From assembly GCA_951406725.2 (NCBI GenBank), contig OX597825.1:42532001-42596000 (forward strand): a stretch of DNA of 64,000 bases. Reading direction: 5' to 3'. Made by a program: the position numbers and the translations under genes. Source of the stretch: Octopus vulgaris (Eukaryota). The notes under the pieces are model-generated. The model was not told where the DNA came from. It did not search any database and was given only the letters and a program-made list of their open reading frames with translations. Positions 13,526 to 25,815 of this stretch are shown here, piece by piece (position 1 is the first letter of the stretch; each line of letters begins with the position of its first letter).

Positions 13526-13920
13526 GGCCGTAGGAATGGCTATGTGGTAAGTAGTTTGCTTACCAACCACATGGTTCCAGGTTCAATCCCACTGCGTGGC
13601 ACCTTGGTCAAGTGTCTTCTACTATAGCCTCGGGCTGACCAAAGCCTTGTGAGTGGATTTGGTAGATGGAAACTGAAAGAAGTCCATCATATATATCTAT
13701 ATATGTGTGTATATGATTGTGTGTCTGTGTTTGTCCCCCCACCATCGCTTGACAACCGATGCTGGCATGTTTACGTCCCCGTAACTTAGCAGTTCAGCAA
13801 AATAGACCGATAGAATAAGTACTAGGCTTACAAAGAATAAGTCCTAGGGTCAATTTGCTTGACTAAAAGGCGGTACCCCAACATGGCTACAGTCAAATGA
13901 CTGAAACAAGTAAAAGAGAG
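13526..13920 (+). mobile_element. Full-length tRNA-derived SINE
   Basis: Same family; B box ggttcaatccc; tail gactgaaacaagtaaaagag. Confidence 0.92.
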
Positions 13921-14044
13921 CTCTAATAATGTAAGCACTTTTGATGTCATATACTTGCTGTATGTGTTGTGATTATGAGCTCATTAGCTGTGGTACTCTA
14001 GTATGTTATGTGCTCACTAGCTGCTCAAAGAGCAGAAAAAACAG

Positions 14045-14608
14045 CACAATATCAATATCCAGATGCTAACCCACGGGTAATGAGCACATGCTCAAAATAC
14101 ATACAGTAAGTTTTTAGAAAAATAACAGGGTAACAACATTAGTAAGACAGGCAGGGAAGAAGATGAGAGAAAATAAAAAATATAAATGGAATAACGTAAA
14201 ATGGAAAAGATACAATGAAAGCAGGAAGATAAAATAGAATAAAAATAAAACAATATAGAATACAATAAAGGTTGTAGAGTACAAAGGTGGTTCAATCTGT
14301 AATAAGTTGTTGGATATAAAAAATTCTTTAAAAGTTGTATATATAAAAGCTTTAAAGGTTTATGGATGTAAAGCTTTAAAAGTTTTAGGGTATATAAAAG
14401 TTTTGTAGAAATAGATATAAGTATAAAAGTAGTTAGGTAGATATAGATGGGTTGATAGCTAGATAGAGAGACATATAGACTGATTGATAGATAGCTTGAT
14501 AGATGGAGAGCTAGGCAGTTTGGTTGGTTGATTGGTTGGTTGGTTGGTTTGTTGGCTGGCAGGCAGATAGATAGATAGATGGATAGATAGACAGATAGAT
14601 AGATAGAC

Positions 14609-14707
<99 letters not shown>

Positions 14708-15335
14708 CATATTGATAGATAGTTCAATTGGTAGATAGGAGGATAATTTATCCTACATGTGATCTTCAGGGTGCCTTGTTGCTGTGTGTTATAGCTTATT
14801 TAGTAAGTGCTTTCAAAACGAAGGTTCTTCAAACTTGAGAGCAGAAAATAAAGATTAAAAAAATCTGATGAAGATTCATCGATTCAAAAGCACTGAGTAA
14901 ATAAGCTATAACACCCAGCAACAAGGCTCACTCCAGATCACACAACAGATTTGGGGGTAAAACTATCTTTCTATCTATTCATCTATCTACTTATCTATTG
15001 ACTCATCTATTTGTCTGTCTAATCCATTTATTTACATAACTACTTTTATACCTACGTCTATATCCACAAACATTTTAAATAGCCTTAAACTTTCATATCC
15101 ATGAACCTTTATGTGTATGAACTTTTTAAAAAGTTTTATATCCATCAACTCCATCAACCTATTACAGAAGATTAAATTTTCTTGTACTCTACAACCTATA
15201 ATATATTTTATATTGTTTTACTTTATTTTGTTTTCTCTTATCTTCCTCTAATAGAGTTATCCTGTTATTCTACTATAATCCAACCATGTTGCATGAGATA
15301 CACCAACACATTATATAAGTATGTGATATTGATAA
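14045..15335. repeat. Degenerate fold-back (inverted) repeat of about 1.3 kb containing (GATA)n
   Basis: Arms share ggttgtagagtacaa, gtataaaagtagtta and ccttgttgctg.gtgttatagcttattta in inverted orientation around about 14850. Confidence 0.8.
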
Positions 15336-15841
15336 TGCATACATTATTAAAGCTGCTTTTAATTCTCTCTCTGAACCATCATTAATGTGGAAAGGGGTAT
15401 ATTTTGCTTGGTAACAACCTGTCTTTGACACCATACTGCCGAGTCATGGATCCAGTCAAACTCATTGCATGTTTGTCAATATGCAATTTGATATGCAAGT
15501 ATTTTCTATATCCCAAGTAAAATTCAAGACTTTGGTTTTCTAGAATCATAAAGAGGTGGGAAACCTTTCATTGCATTGGTCAGGGCATCATATATATCTA
15601 TGCATCTGCCACTATGAAACACTGCTTCTCCTGGTGCTTCCTCTCACAATTTCCATGTAGCAAATTTCACTCACAATTTGTTGGTCATCCAACATATACA
15701 CATGTGTGTGTGTGTTGTGCGTGCATATATATATATATATATATATATTAAATTAGAGATAAAACCACTATTAGGCAAATCAAACAGTGAAAAACATAAA
15801 CCAAAACATAGAAATAAAATTTATTAATATAATAAACAAAA

Positions 15842-16236
15842 CTAGCAGTATCACCCGGCGTTGCTTGGGTTTGTAAGGGAAATAACTATATAAGCATTTT
15901 TAGAGATGTAAAGTATAATAGCCATCTCAATACGGCTAACCACAAAGGGGTGTTACTGTAGCTTTTTATGTTCTGAGATTTAATACATTTTTAGAGAGTT
16001 ACTTCCCTTATATAAACCGAACGAAAATACATTAAAAATGCGGAAAAATTATGGTAAATTTTTTTTAAATCGTAGACTCATCGTAGATGTGCGCTAATAC
16101 CCAGAAGGGCTCGATATGAATCACGACTATAAGATACCCGCTTTTGGTTACACTGCACCGCAAAATGTGGGAGTAGTTAGGAATCTAAATCGTAGGAGAC
16201 AGACACCACACAACCTCTCTTTTATATATATATAGA
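15842..16236 (-). mobile_element. Non-autonomous Helitron
   Basis: Reverse strand begins a|TCtatatatatataaaag and ends acccaagcaacgccgggtgatactgCTAG|t: subterminal hairpin, A/T target site, no TSD. Confidence 0.88.
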
Positions 16237-16494
16237 TATATAAAATATAAAATTCAAAATTTTAATTATTTAAATTTAAAGTTTTAATTAAAAAAAATTT
16301 TTTAATTATTAATTTATACTTATAAATTTTTATATATATATATATTTTATTATTATTTATTTATTCATTTATTTATCTTTTATTATATATTTATTCTTTT
16401 GGTTTTTATTATTTATTATTTATTATTTAATTTATTTATTTTTTAAATATATATATCTATCAAAAAGTATTAAAAGTTTAATATAAGATAAAAA

Positions 16495-16530
<36 letters not shown>

Positions 16531-17212
16531 GGATAGATAGGACAGAGAGACATACATAATCCATAAGGAGAAGTATAAGATTTGTAACTTAAAACATTGT
16601 ATATGAATACATTTATGTAAGCAATGCAATCCTAGATAGGAAAAATAGGTAATGGATGTATATGAATATTTCAAGTATTATTGCTCTTTTATCAGCACCA
16701 CATCCCAACTATCAACTATCCATGAACGCATTGCTTAAGCAATGCATTCAGTGACAGTTGATCAGAATTAAACGTTTAACTAATGGTTATTGTTATTTCT
16801 TCATGTGTAACTTTAATTTATCGAAATTTCCAAGGATATTATGTCAAGAATGCTAGCACATATCTCATATAAAGTTTCCATGCTGAAGTCATGTTTGAAC
16901 TTTTTCCTTGTCATTTTCTTTAACATAACCGGTGAACTAAGGTAATTCAGAATTGCCTTACTCACAAGCAATAAACATCTGCACAATTGAACTCACAATC
17001 TCTACATTGGCATTAGCTCAGTTTTCAACATGTGCATAGATACAGTCATAAGATATAATATTCAGGTATAAAATATAAAGATAAAGTTTAGTCGGTGAAT
17101 AAGAAATTTTATAAATATGATATTGCAGAATTATTCCCAATTTGACATGGTGAAATTACTTGTTCTTTAGAATTAAATTTGTAGTTTTGTTTTTTGTTTT
17201 TTCTTTTCTTAG

Positions 17213-17262
17213 AGAATCAAAAATGGAAAATCACGAAGATATAAATGTCAAGGAGTTGATTG
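17213..17262 (+). CDS. Candidate exon of the + strand gene
   Basis: Very strong polypyrimidine acceptor (ttttttcttttcttag). Open in two frames (RIKNGKSRRYKCQGVD or ESKMENHEDINVKELI). The donor gttgag is weak. Confidence 0.3.
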
Positions 17263-18534
17263 GTTGAGAGATTTCCTTTCTATTTTTTTTTAACTGTCTG
17301 ATTACATATTTCTAGAGTTAAAATGTAATACATATGCTATATAATATGGAAAAATATATTAAGTGGCAAAAATAGACAAGTTCAGCACTAATGGTACTGC
17401 AAGTCAAAATATAAACCTACAAGTTTATTTATTTATTTATGAAAATCTGGTAATAAATGTCAGCTATTCAAATGAGACAACCCTTTTGACAGTGAGTAAG
17501 GGGAATTAAAATCTGCAAAGTAGGATGGCAAGTTAATAGTGATAAAAGACTATCAAACTAAATGCAATACAGTATTTATTTTCATACTTTCAGTCGACAT
17601 TTTGTTGTAGATAACATTTCCAAAAGAAATGTAGCAGCAATGTACAGGATATCTTTCAATTCTTTACATTATATTCACTTCAACAAAGGTTTGATTTGCC
17701 TCTAACTAAAAGCAATGAATATCTGTGCAATATGTAGTGTGTCTGCTTCTATGTTATTTATACAGGTTTGGGTTTTTATATTTGCCTGTAGTTTGATCAA
17801 CACCCATCAAAAACATGTGAACTTAGTTGGTTCTTTGAATTCTGAGCATCCAGTTTGTAGAAGTAATTAAAGAGTGAAGTATCATGTAGAAAGGCGATAG
17901 CATTTGACCCTGAATCTTGTCAATTACTAAAGCTGCTTTCGTGTCACATTTCAATGATCACATCTGGAATAACTAAAGCAGTAAAATCCTGCTATACTAA
18001 AACCTGCTCTGTTTCTTATATCATAGAGAAAGAAGCACATTTAACCCAACTAAGATCCCCAGGAGAAACTTCACTGCATATTCATTGATATCGTTTACTT
18101 TTAAAAGGCAGGTAATTATTATGTTTGTCAGGATTACAATGTTGTAAATAAAATAATGATGCCTGTAACATAAATCATCATCATCATCATCATTGTCTTT
18201 AATTAATCAATTCATTAACAATAAGATTTTTTCAGTTGCAGAATAACTGTGCGTTGTTTACCCCCCACCACACACACATTAAACCTAATGAAGCAAATCT
18301 ATGATCAAAAGTATTCAAGACAGCTATCTAATCATTTTGTGTATCTAGACTACATTTTCTAATGTTTTTTTTAATATGTTAAGCTGTAATCTGAGGGAGA
18401 TTTGACTGCTGTTATTAGCAGGGACAATTGCTATATAGAGGCTCTCTTTCTCGTTGGTTTAAATAATAAATGCTTGTTTTACTATAGGGAAGGAGCAAAA
18501 CCAGTACATGTGTTGTTTCTTGTTATTTATACTA

Positions 18535-19849
18535 CAAGGTGCATTCAAAAAGTATCCAACATTTGGGCATAAAAAAACAAACAATTTTGTACATTTCCCT
18601 AATTTTATTTAATCACCTTCAAAATATTCCCCTTGAGAGTTCATGCACTTCTCCCTGGAGTTCTGCCACTGGTACATCCCTTCTGGAATGCTATGGAGCT
18701 TTACCTTCACTTTTTTCATAATTTCCTCTCACACCGTCCAACCCATGCTAGCATGGAAAGCGGACGTTAAATGATGATGATGATGATGATGATGATGAAC
18801 TCAAATCGCCTCCCCTTCAGCATGGTTTTCAGTTTGAGGAATAGCCACAAGCCACATGGTGTCAAGCTGCGAGAGCAGGAAGCCTGTCAAACAAGTGATG
18901 TGTTGTTTGTGACTGGGGAAGCTTGAATTAAATGGGTAGAATGAGCTGGTGCATTGTCATTGTGAAATTGTAAATTCTTTGGCTGTCCACATGTCCAGCT
19001 GCTTTCAATGCACAGCATCATAAAAGATGATTTATGACCTTCAAGTAGTATTCCTTATTGATAATTTGGTCTTGTGGTGCATATCCATGATGCACAATAC
19101 CACAAGGATTGAAAGAAAGAGGTCCATTACCTTCACATTGCTATGAACCTGTTGTTCTTTTTGGGTTCTGGGTGATGACAGATGTTTCCATTGGGAGAAC
19201 TGGAACTTAATTTTCAGATCATAACCATAAGCCCATGTCTCATCACCTGTGATGATAGTCTTCATGAAGCTTAGGTCTTAGTTTGTACAGTCCAGCTTGT
19301 TCTGAATGATTTCCATGCAGAATTCCTTCTGTTGCTCTGCCAGTACCTTGTTGATAAATTTTGTTGAGACTTTCTGCATGCACAAATCCTCCATTTAGAG
19401 GCAATGCATTGATTCTCTGTCTATTCCCACCTCATGAGCAATTTCTTCTTTACCGGACTTTCTCAATCAGCTCTCCATTTTGGCTTGTGGGTGGCTTACC
19501 TGAGTGTGCCTCACTCTCCACTGAGATGCAACCATGTTTGAAGTAATTGTACCACTCCTTGTTCTGAGTTTGTGCTGATGGCATTATCGTCAAAGCCTGC
19601 TCAGTCTTTTGGCAAAAACTTGATGCAATATCTTTGCTTGATGTATTTGGTCATCTTGGGTGAAAACGAAAATCCAATGAGCACACACTACATATCTGTA
19701 CTCTAGACATAACAGCCAGGAACTGACATGGCCTAGTGGTGTAAAAGTGTGCACAGAAAGGGTGGTGTCACCTTCTACTGAAGCAATTTTGCCCATGCAG
19801 CATTAGTTTTGGTGGGGAAAATAGTCAGATACCTTTTGAATGCACCTCA
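18535..19849 (-). mobile_element. Mariner element with both TIRs and TA TSD, decayed transposase
   Basis: TA|caaggtgcattcaaaaagtatc ... gataccttttgaatgcacctca|TA; IITGDETWAYGYD motif; RTE-tail insertion at 18730-18797. Confidence 0.9.
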
Positions 19850-20679
19850 TATTTTTTACAGTATGATATAGAAAATAAACAGCAAGATTTATTGGGAAAA
19901 TAAGCAGCTAGATTTATTGGGAAAGAATTAAGCAATAATAGTTAGTTTTTTATTCCATGCATATTGAAGAACTCCTCAGAAAAAAAATTAAGGCTTAGTC
20001 AAATGATGAACAACTGTACTCATGGTGCCTTATAGGGTCATTGAGATGAATGGGAGGAAGGGAAGAAATTGTATATAGATCAGAGACTAGATCTGAATAT
20101 TTATATCAGAGTGAATTATGCTAAAGGCATCCATGGGTTAAGTTGGTAGATTTAAACCAGGAGATTTGATATGCATACTGCTCAGAAAGAGGAACAGTCT
20201 TTCCAACAGATTTACACTGTTTTGATCTAAAATATCACTTATAAAATTTTAATCAACATGATAAAAGATATTACCATTAAGTTACAAAGTAAATTTCTTA
20301 TTTACACAGTCATGCCAATACAATCTAATAAAATATTTACATATACATTCCTAAATACATAGATATATATATGCATAACTGCATTCATGCATACACAAAC
20401 ACACACACATAGGACAAAGAGAGAGACCTACACAATCCATTTGCAAGTTAAAAACATTGTCATTGTAAAACATTTAGCAGCATATAATAAATTATTAAAA
20501 CTTCCTTTCATAAATCCTAAAAAGTTAAAAGTCCAGTATTTAAATCTTTATTTACTATGAAGCAAATAAGAATGCCATCTTCCACTGAATAAAATTTCAT
20601 TTTTAATTTTCTCAAAAAATCCTGGTACTCATCTAATTAAAATTTAAAGCAGTCCTATATTTAAGATATTTAAGATTTA

Positions 20680-20800
20680 TATTCGATGGATATTTGTCCT
20701 CATCTTGTTTGTTGTTAACACAACGTTTCAGCTAATATACCCTCCAGCCTTCTTCAGGTGTTTTCGAACCTGGGTTTCATTCCTTAGATATTTTTCGATG

Positions 20801-20841
<41 letters not shown>

Positions 20842-20907
20842 GTTCAGGTCACTGCTTGGAATCGAACTCAGAATCTTGGGATTAGTAGCCCATGCTCTTA
20901 ACCACTA
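20680..20907 (-). mobile_element. tRNA-headed short element carrying a hammerhead ribozyme (left copy)
   Basis: Reverse strand: tagtggttaagagc...gagttcgattcc (end of A box plus B box), then (AAT)n, then the HHR. Confidence 0.75.
20717..20762 (-). ncRNA. Minimal type-I hammerhead ribozyme
   Basis: AACAC-CUGAAGA-A-GGCUGG-agggtata-UUAGCU-GAAA-CG-UU-GUGUU: 5-bp stem I, intact core, 6-bp stem II with G-U pairs, palindromic CG stem III. Confidence 0.75.
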
Positions 20908-20911
20908 TTCC

Positions 20912-21590
20912 CGTAGTGTAGTGGTTAAGAGCGCAGACTACTGACCCCAAGATTCTGAGTTCGATTCCAAACAGTGACCTGAACAATAACAATAATAATA
21001 ATAATAACAATAATAATAACAACAACGACAACAACAATAATAATAATAATAATAATAGGCGCAGGAGTGGCTGTGTGGTAAGTAGCTTGCTAACCAACCA
21101 CATGGTTCCGGGTTCAGTCCCACTGCGTGGCATCTTGGGCAAGTGTCTTCTGCTATAGCCCCGGGCCAACCAATGCCTTGTGAGTGGATTTGGTAGACAG
21201 AAACTGAAAGAAGCCTGTTGTATATATGTATATATATATGTATGTGTGTGTGTGTTTGTCCCCCTAGCATTGCTTGACAACCGATGCTGGTGTGTTTACG
21301 TCCCCGACACTTAGGGGTTCGGCAAAAGAGACCGATAGAATAAGTACTGGGCTTATAAAGAATAAATCCCGGGGTCGATTTGCTCGACTAAAGGCGGTGC
21401 TCCAGCATGGCCGCAGTCAAATGACTGAAACAAGTAAAAGAGTAAAAGAGTAAAGAGAGTATATCAAAAATACCTTAGGAATGAGAACCCAGGTTAAAAA
21501 TTTCTCCAAAACACCTGAAGAAAGCTGGAGGGTATATCAACAAACAAAATGAGGACAAATATCTGTCAATTGTAAATAATGCAAATAATG
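20912..21590 (+). mobile_element. tRNA-headed hammerhead element (right copy; interrupted by a SINE, HHR partly deleted)
   Basis: A box tagtgtagtgg at about 20914-20924, B box gagttcgattcc at 20957-20968. Resumes at 21460 with ccttaggaatgagaacccaggtt...acacctgaagaaagctggagggtatatc but lacks the GAAA strand. Confidence 0.75.
21058..21459 (+). mobile_element. Full-length young tRNA-derived SINE inserted in (AAT)n
   Basis: ggcgcaggagtggctgtgtgg...ggcggtgctccagcatggccgcagtcaaatgactgaaacaa(gtaaaaga)n. Confidence 0.93.
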
Positions 21591-21793
21591 TAAAATTTAA
21601 AGGTTGTCATTTTTGTCTATTGTGATCAGAATTAGTCATTTAAATGATTACTATTATGTATAACCTTAATTTGTATAAATTTCTAAGCATATCAGGAATG
21701 CTAGCACTTATTTCATATAATGCAGAAGCCATATTTGGACCTTTTTTCTTATCATTTCCTACAATGTAACTGATGAACTAAAGTAATTCAGAA

Positions 21794-23350
21794 TTGTCTT
21801 GGACACTTAACAAGATGTGCAACCTCAACATAAAAACTAGAAAGGTATTGACTACCACTGATAACTTCTTCATCAACAGTCACATCAATAACATCTATAT
21901 GAAACAAAGTGATGGTGGCAGAGGCATAAAGTTACTTCAAACAGCCTTTCAATGTGAGATTGTATCGTTCAGACATCTGCTGAACAACAAAGAAAGAAGT
22001 ACATTCCATGCATACTTAAAAGTGAGAGCAATAACATTTTTAGAGTTGGAGAAGACCTACTGAGAAGGTATTCTGAGAATGCAACTGAAAGGTGGCTGGA
22101 CAGGCCTATATAAAGAGAAGCCCGGGGGGTGGGGGTGAGAAGCAGGCATCATACCAGCAAAAAGCAATATTTGGATACATATCTCTCTTACCCTCTCTTT
22201 CTCTATAGCAAGTCATCTGTTTTTGTCTCTTTGTCACACTCTAATCTTTCATCATCTGACACAAGATCACCTCTTCCCAATGCTACCTCCCCTCTTAAAG
22301 ATTCCTTGTCTTGCAAGTTAGTTGGTGGCCCCACCAGTACTGATGCCACATTAAAAGCATCCACTCCACACTGTAATATGGTTGGCCTTTGGAAGGGCAT
22401 GCAACTGTAAGAACAATAACAAAACTGACCTTACCTGTGTTGTTACCATGTAAAAAGTACTCAGTCCACTCTGCAGGGTGGTTGGTTTAGGAAGGGCATT
22501 CAGCCATAAAAAAAAACATGCCAAAACAGACACAGAAGAACGGTGTAGTCTTCTGCCTGGCTGGCTCCTGTTAAACCATCTAACCCATGCCAACATAGGT
22601 GGACATTAAACGATGATGATGATGATGACGATGATGCCAATGCCACCACCAATGATAACGATGAGGACGATACTGTAAACTAGAGAATAACAGCATTAAC
22701 AAGAAAAGTAACCTCTCCTGAATCTGTGATAGCTACATTACATCCCACCTAGAAAGATATGCTTTTACTACCCAGGGACAGGAGATAGCTACTAAATACC
22801 TGATAAAGAAGAAGGTCAAAGACACCACCAAACCATGCTTTGATAGAAAACGTCAGATCTGCTATACCAGTCTAGAAGATATCACACGCATCATCATCAG
22901 AAAGTAACTGCCCCTGAGGAATGATATAGCTGCAAAGACTATTTACAATTCTATCTGAAAGAAGGATTGCCCTCACATATGCATGTCAGAAGCAGCAAGT
23001 ACACACACCTTTAAAGACAAGGAACACTGGTGGTACACTGTAATAATAACAGCAATTCGGTGCAATATTGTTCTGTTCCAAAGAACAAAAGTCATGCACT
23101 GTTTGTAGAGATCAGCTGCCATGTGGATGCAAATGTACCATCAAAAGGCAAGGTAAAAGAGAACATTTGTAGTGATTTAACACATTACTTACAGCTCTCG
23201 TACCCTGACAATAAATTCTCATTTGCATCCCTCATCAAAGGTATATTAGGTTATGTACCTACAAATTTACACAAAAACCTAGAAATAACAGGTTTTTCAA
23301 AGAGCAAAAAACACTGATTCAAATTCTTCAAATCCAAAGACACCTTGAAG
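21794..23350 (+). mobile_element. Decayed R4/Dong-like RLE non-LTR retrotransposon, 3' part
   Basis: NIKTRKVLT...IYMKQSDGGRGI, QEIATKYL, EDITRI and FVEISC...K..K...LQLSYPDNKF....GILGYVP (RLE domain). Interrupted by an RTE 3'UTR at 22130-22630. Confidence 0.75.
22130..22635 (+). mobile_element. RTE 3'-UTR fragment
   Basis: ggttggtttaggaagggcattcagcc...taacccatgccaacat..ggacattaaac(GAT)n. Confidence 0.75.
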
Positions 23351-24698
23351 ATTCTCCATTTGAGATTCTTTAGATGGATAGATGCACACATTTGGGTGCA
23401 TGCATCAACAGCTCAATCAACACACCAACTTAACCACATATTTAAAAACACTGGTAACTCTCTAAACTCAAAATGTTTTGTTGCTTTGTTCATGACTGGC
23501 TTGAACTCTCTTTAGAACCTACATAAAACTCAAAGAAAAAACATGCATACATTCATATATGCAGACAACGGATTTTCCCACAGTTTCTGTTAATCAAATT
23601 TTACTCAGAAAGTATTGAGTAATCTAAACTACAGTATATAACACTTGCTGAAGGTGCTACACCAGGAGGACCAACCTAGAGCTACGAGGCTGCGATGCAA
23701 ATTTTTTGACCCAACAACCATGCAGCATGAATTTTATTGAGTGATAGAGTTGAGGTACATTTAATATTAAAGAACTTCTGTGTAAAGGAGTAAAGTGTAT
23801 TATTGCATGACACCTATTTATATTTACATGAACTGGCTGGAAGAATGAAAGTTAAATATCTTCGTCAAGATGATAGTACACTGATGTTATCAGTACAGAT
23901 GATTACAACTCAAAATTTATATATCAGAGATTAAAACAGGGTGTATAATAACATCAAACTGGTTAAATTTTGTAAGGCACTGTGGTAAGACTTGAAAAGT
24001 TTAGAAAAGCAGGTAAATCCTAACTGCCTTGTTATTTCATCAAAGACAGAGATAACCTAATCAAATTTTATGGTCATGTTAAACACCGTAGGACTTGAGA
24101 ATTATCAAATGTGTTTAAGGAAGATTGAGTTTCATAAATAGCTTCTGTGAAACAAAAGCTGATTGCAGAGTTCCCAGTGGAGTATAAAGAACTTTTATGT
24201 TTATAACCTCTCAAATTTAAAGATTTTCTAGGTGATAATAATACACAAAGCCAACTTTGCTTTACTTAAGTGAAGGGAAGAGAATATAAAAGTAGTTTAC
24301 ATAGGGACTTATTCTTCTCTACTTCCTTTTATGCATTAAAAAAAAATTATTCACATTTCCTTTCTCTCTTTCTCTCCCAACCCATCCTCTCTTTCTCTCT
24401 CCCTTTCTTGAATGTCCTCTTGTCTTGATTACTTGAGATTTTTTTTTATTTGTTTCCATCGCCGAGGCAATATTTTCAAATGTATTTAGTTGATCATATT
24501 GATTCTTGTATTTATTTTAGATTTGAACTTTATTGATCTCTATTTGGCAAACCACTAAGTTAAAGGACATAAAGGCATTCAGATAACAAAATCTGCATTT
24601 ATTTTTACCCTTTTAGACCAGTGTAAAAATAAATGCAAACACACAGAAACTAGTACAACATATACATTCAGATACACACACATACATGTATATATGTA

Positions 24699-25355
24699 CT
24701 AGGGTAGGCTGAAAAGTTCATAGGCTGACTATGAAGGAGTGATGCTACAGCTGTGAATTCTTGCTTGCATTAATTTTAACCCTTCTTATCAGTAACTGCA
24801 TTGTTTCTTTTCAAGTAATCGAACCTCTAAACATCATAAGACTTCAAAGGTAACTAATAGTGACTTCTCTTGAAAAATGGACAAAATCTCACATTGTGAT
24901 GTTATCAAGTAATACAGAAAAATGGTTTAGCCCCCAAGAACATTCTTGCTGAGATTGTCACTAGATTAAAGGATGACACTCTTGCTTTATCATCAGTGCA
25001 AAAGTGAGCAACTGAATTTAGGAGGGAGAAGAAGAGCTTTGAAGATCACCCAACGTCTGGATGTCTGGCAATTGCCACCAGCAAGGAAAATATTGACCAT
25101 GTTCATCACTATGTGATGGAGGACAGGTAATTCACTAAAAATCAAAAAGTCAATGCCATTAGCATATCCCGTGAGAGAGTAGAGAATATTCTACACAATG
25201 AATTTGGCATGATGAAGGTTTCTGACACCTGATCAAAAGCACACCAGCCTGATCACATCGTGAGAAAATCTGACATTGCTTCAAACAGATCCAACTGGTT
25301 TCCTTGAATGTTTCCTAAGCCAGGATGAATATTGGCCTCATCACTTTGAGCCATA
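24699..25355 (+). mobile_element. Mariner relic, 5' half
   Basis: TA|ctagggtaggctgaaaagttca TIR; MDKISH..VIK N-terminus, EDHPTSG, ENILHNEFGMMKVS, FLSQDE motifs. Confidence 0.8.
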
Positions 25356-25509
25356 CATTCCCTGAGTATCTTGGTCAACCTTTTCAGCTGACTCTTGCTT
25401 GCTTGCCTGTTTATTTGTTTGCTTTATCTTTTACTTGTTTGTGTCTTTGGACTATTCTGATGCTGGGAAATTGCCTTTTAGACTTCTTATTTTCTTTTTA
25501 CCAAATCAT

Positions 25510-25622
25510 CCATAGTAGTTATTCTTTTTCTTTTTAAAGCCTGCTTCTTATTCTCTTGGTCTCTTATGCCAAACCACTAAGTGACAGAGATATGATATTG
25601 GTTATCAAGTGCTGGTGAGAGA

Positions 25623-25659
<37 letters not shown>

Positions 25660-25815
25660 GTATATGTACAATGGTATTCTTTCAGTTTCTTCCTACCAAA
25701 TCCTCTTTCAAGAGCTTCATTGGCTTCAACCTTAGGTTATAGTAGAAGACAGGTGTCATGCAGGGAGACTAAACCTGGACCTATGTGGTTGAGAATAAAA
25801 CTTCTTACCACATAA
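25510..25815 (-). mobile_element. Degenerate SINE (major family)
   Basis: ttcagtttc..ctaccaaatcc...tatagtagaagac...gggactaaacc. Confidence 0.7.

Noticed and set aside
20912-20985. Functional tRNA gene
   Set aside because: A and B boxes are present, but there is no pairing acceptor stem or oligo-T terminator, and it runs into a repeat body.
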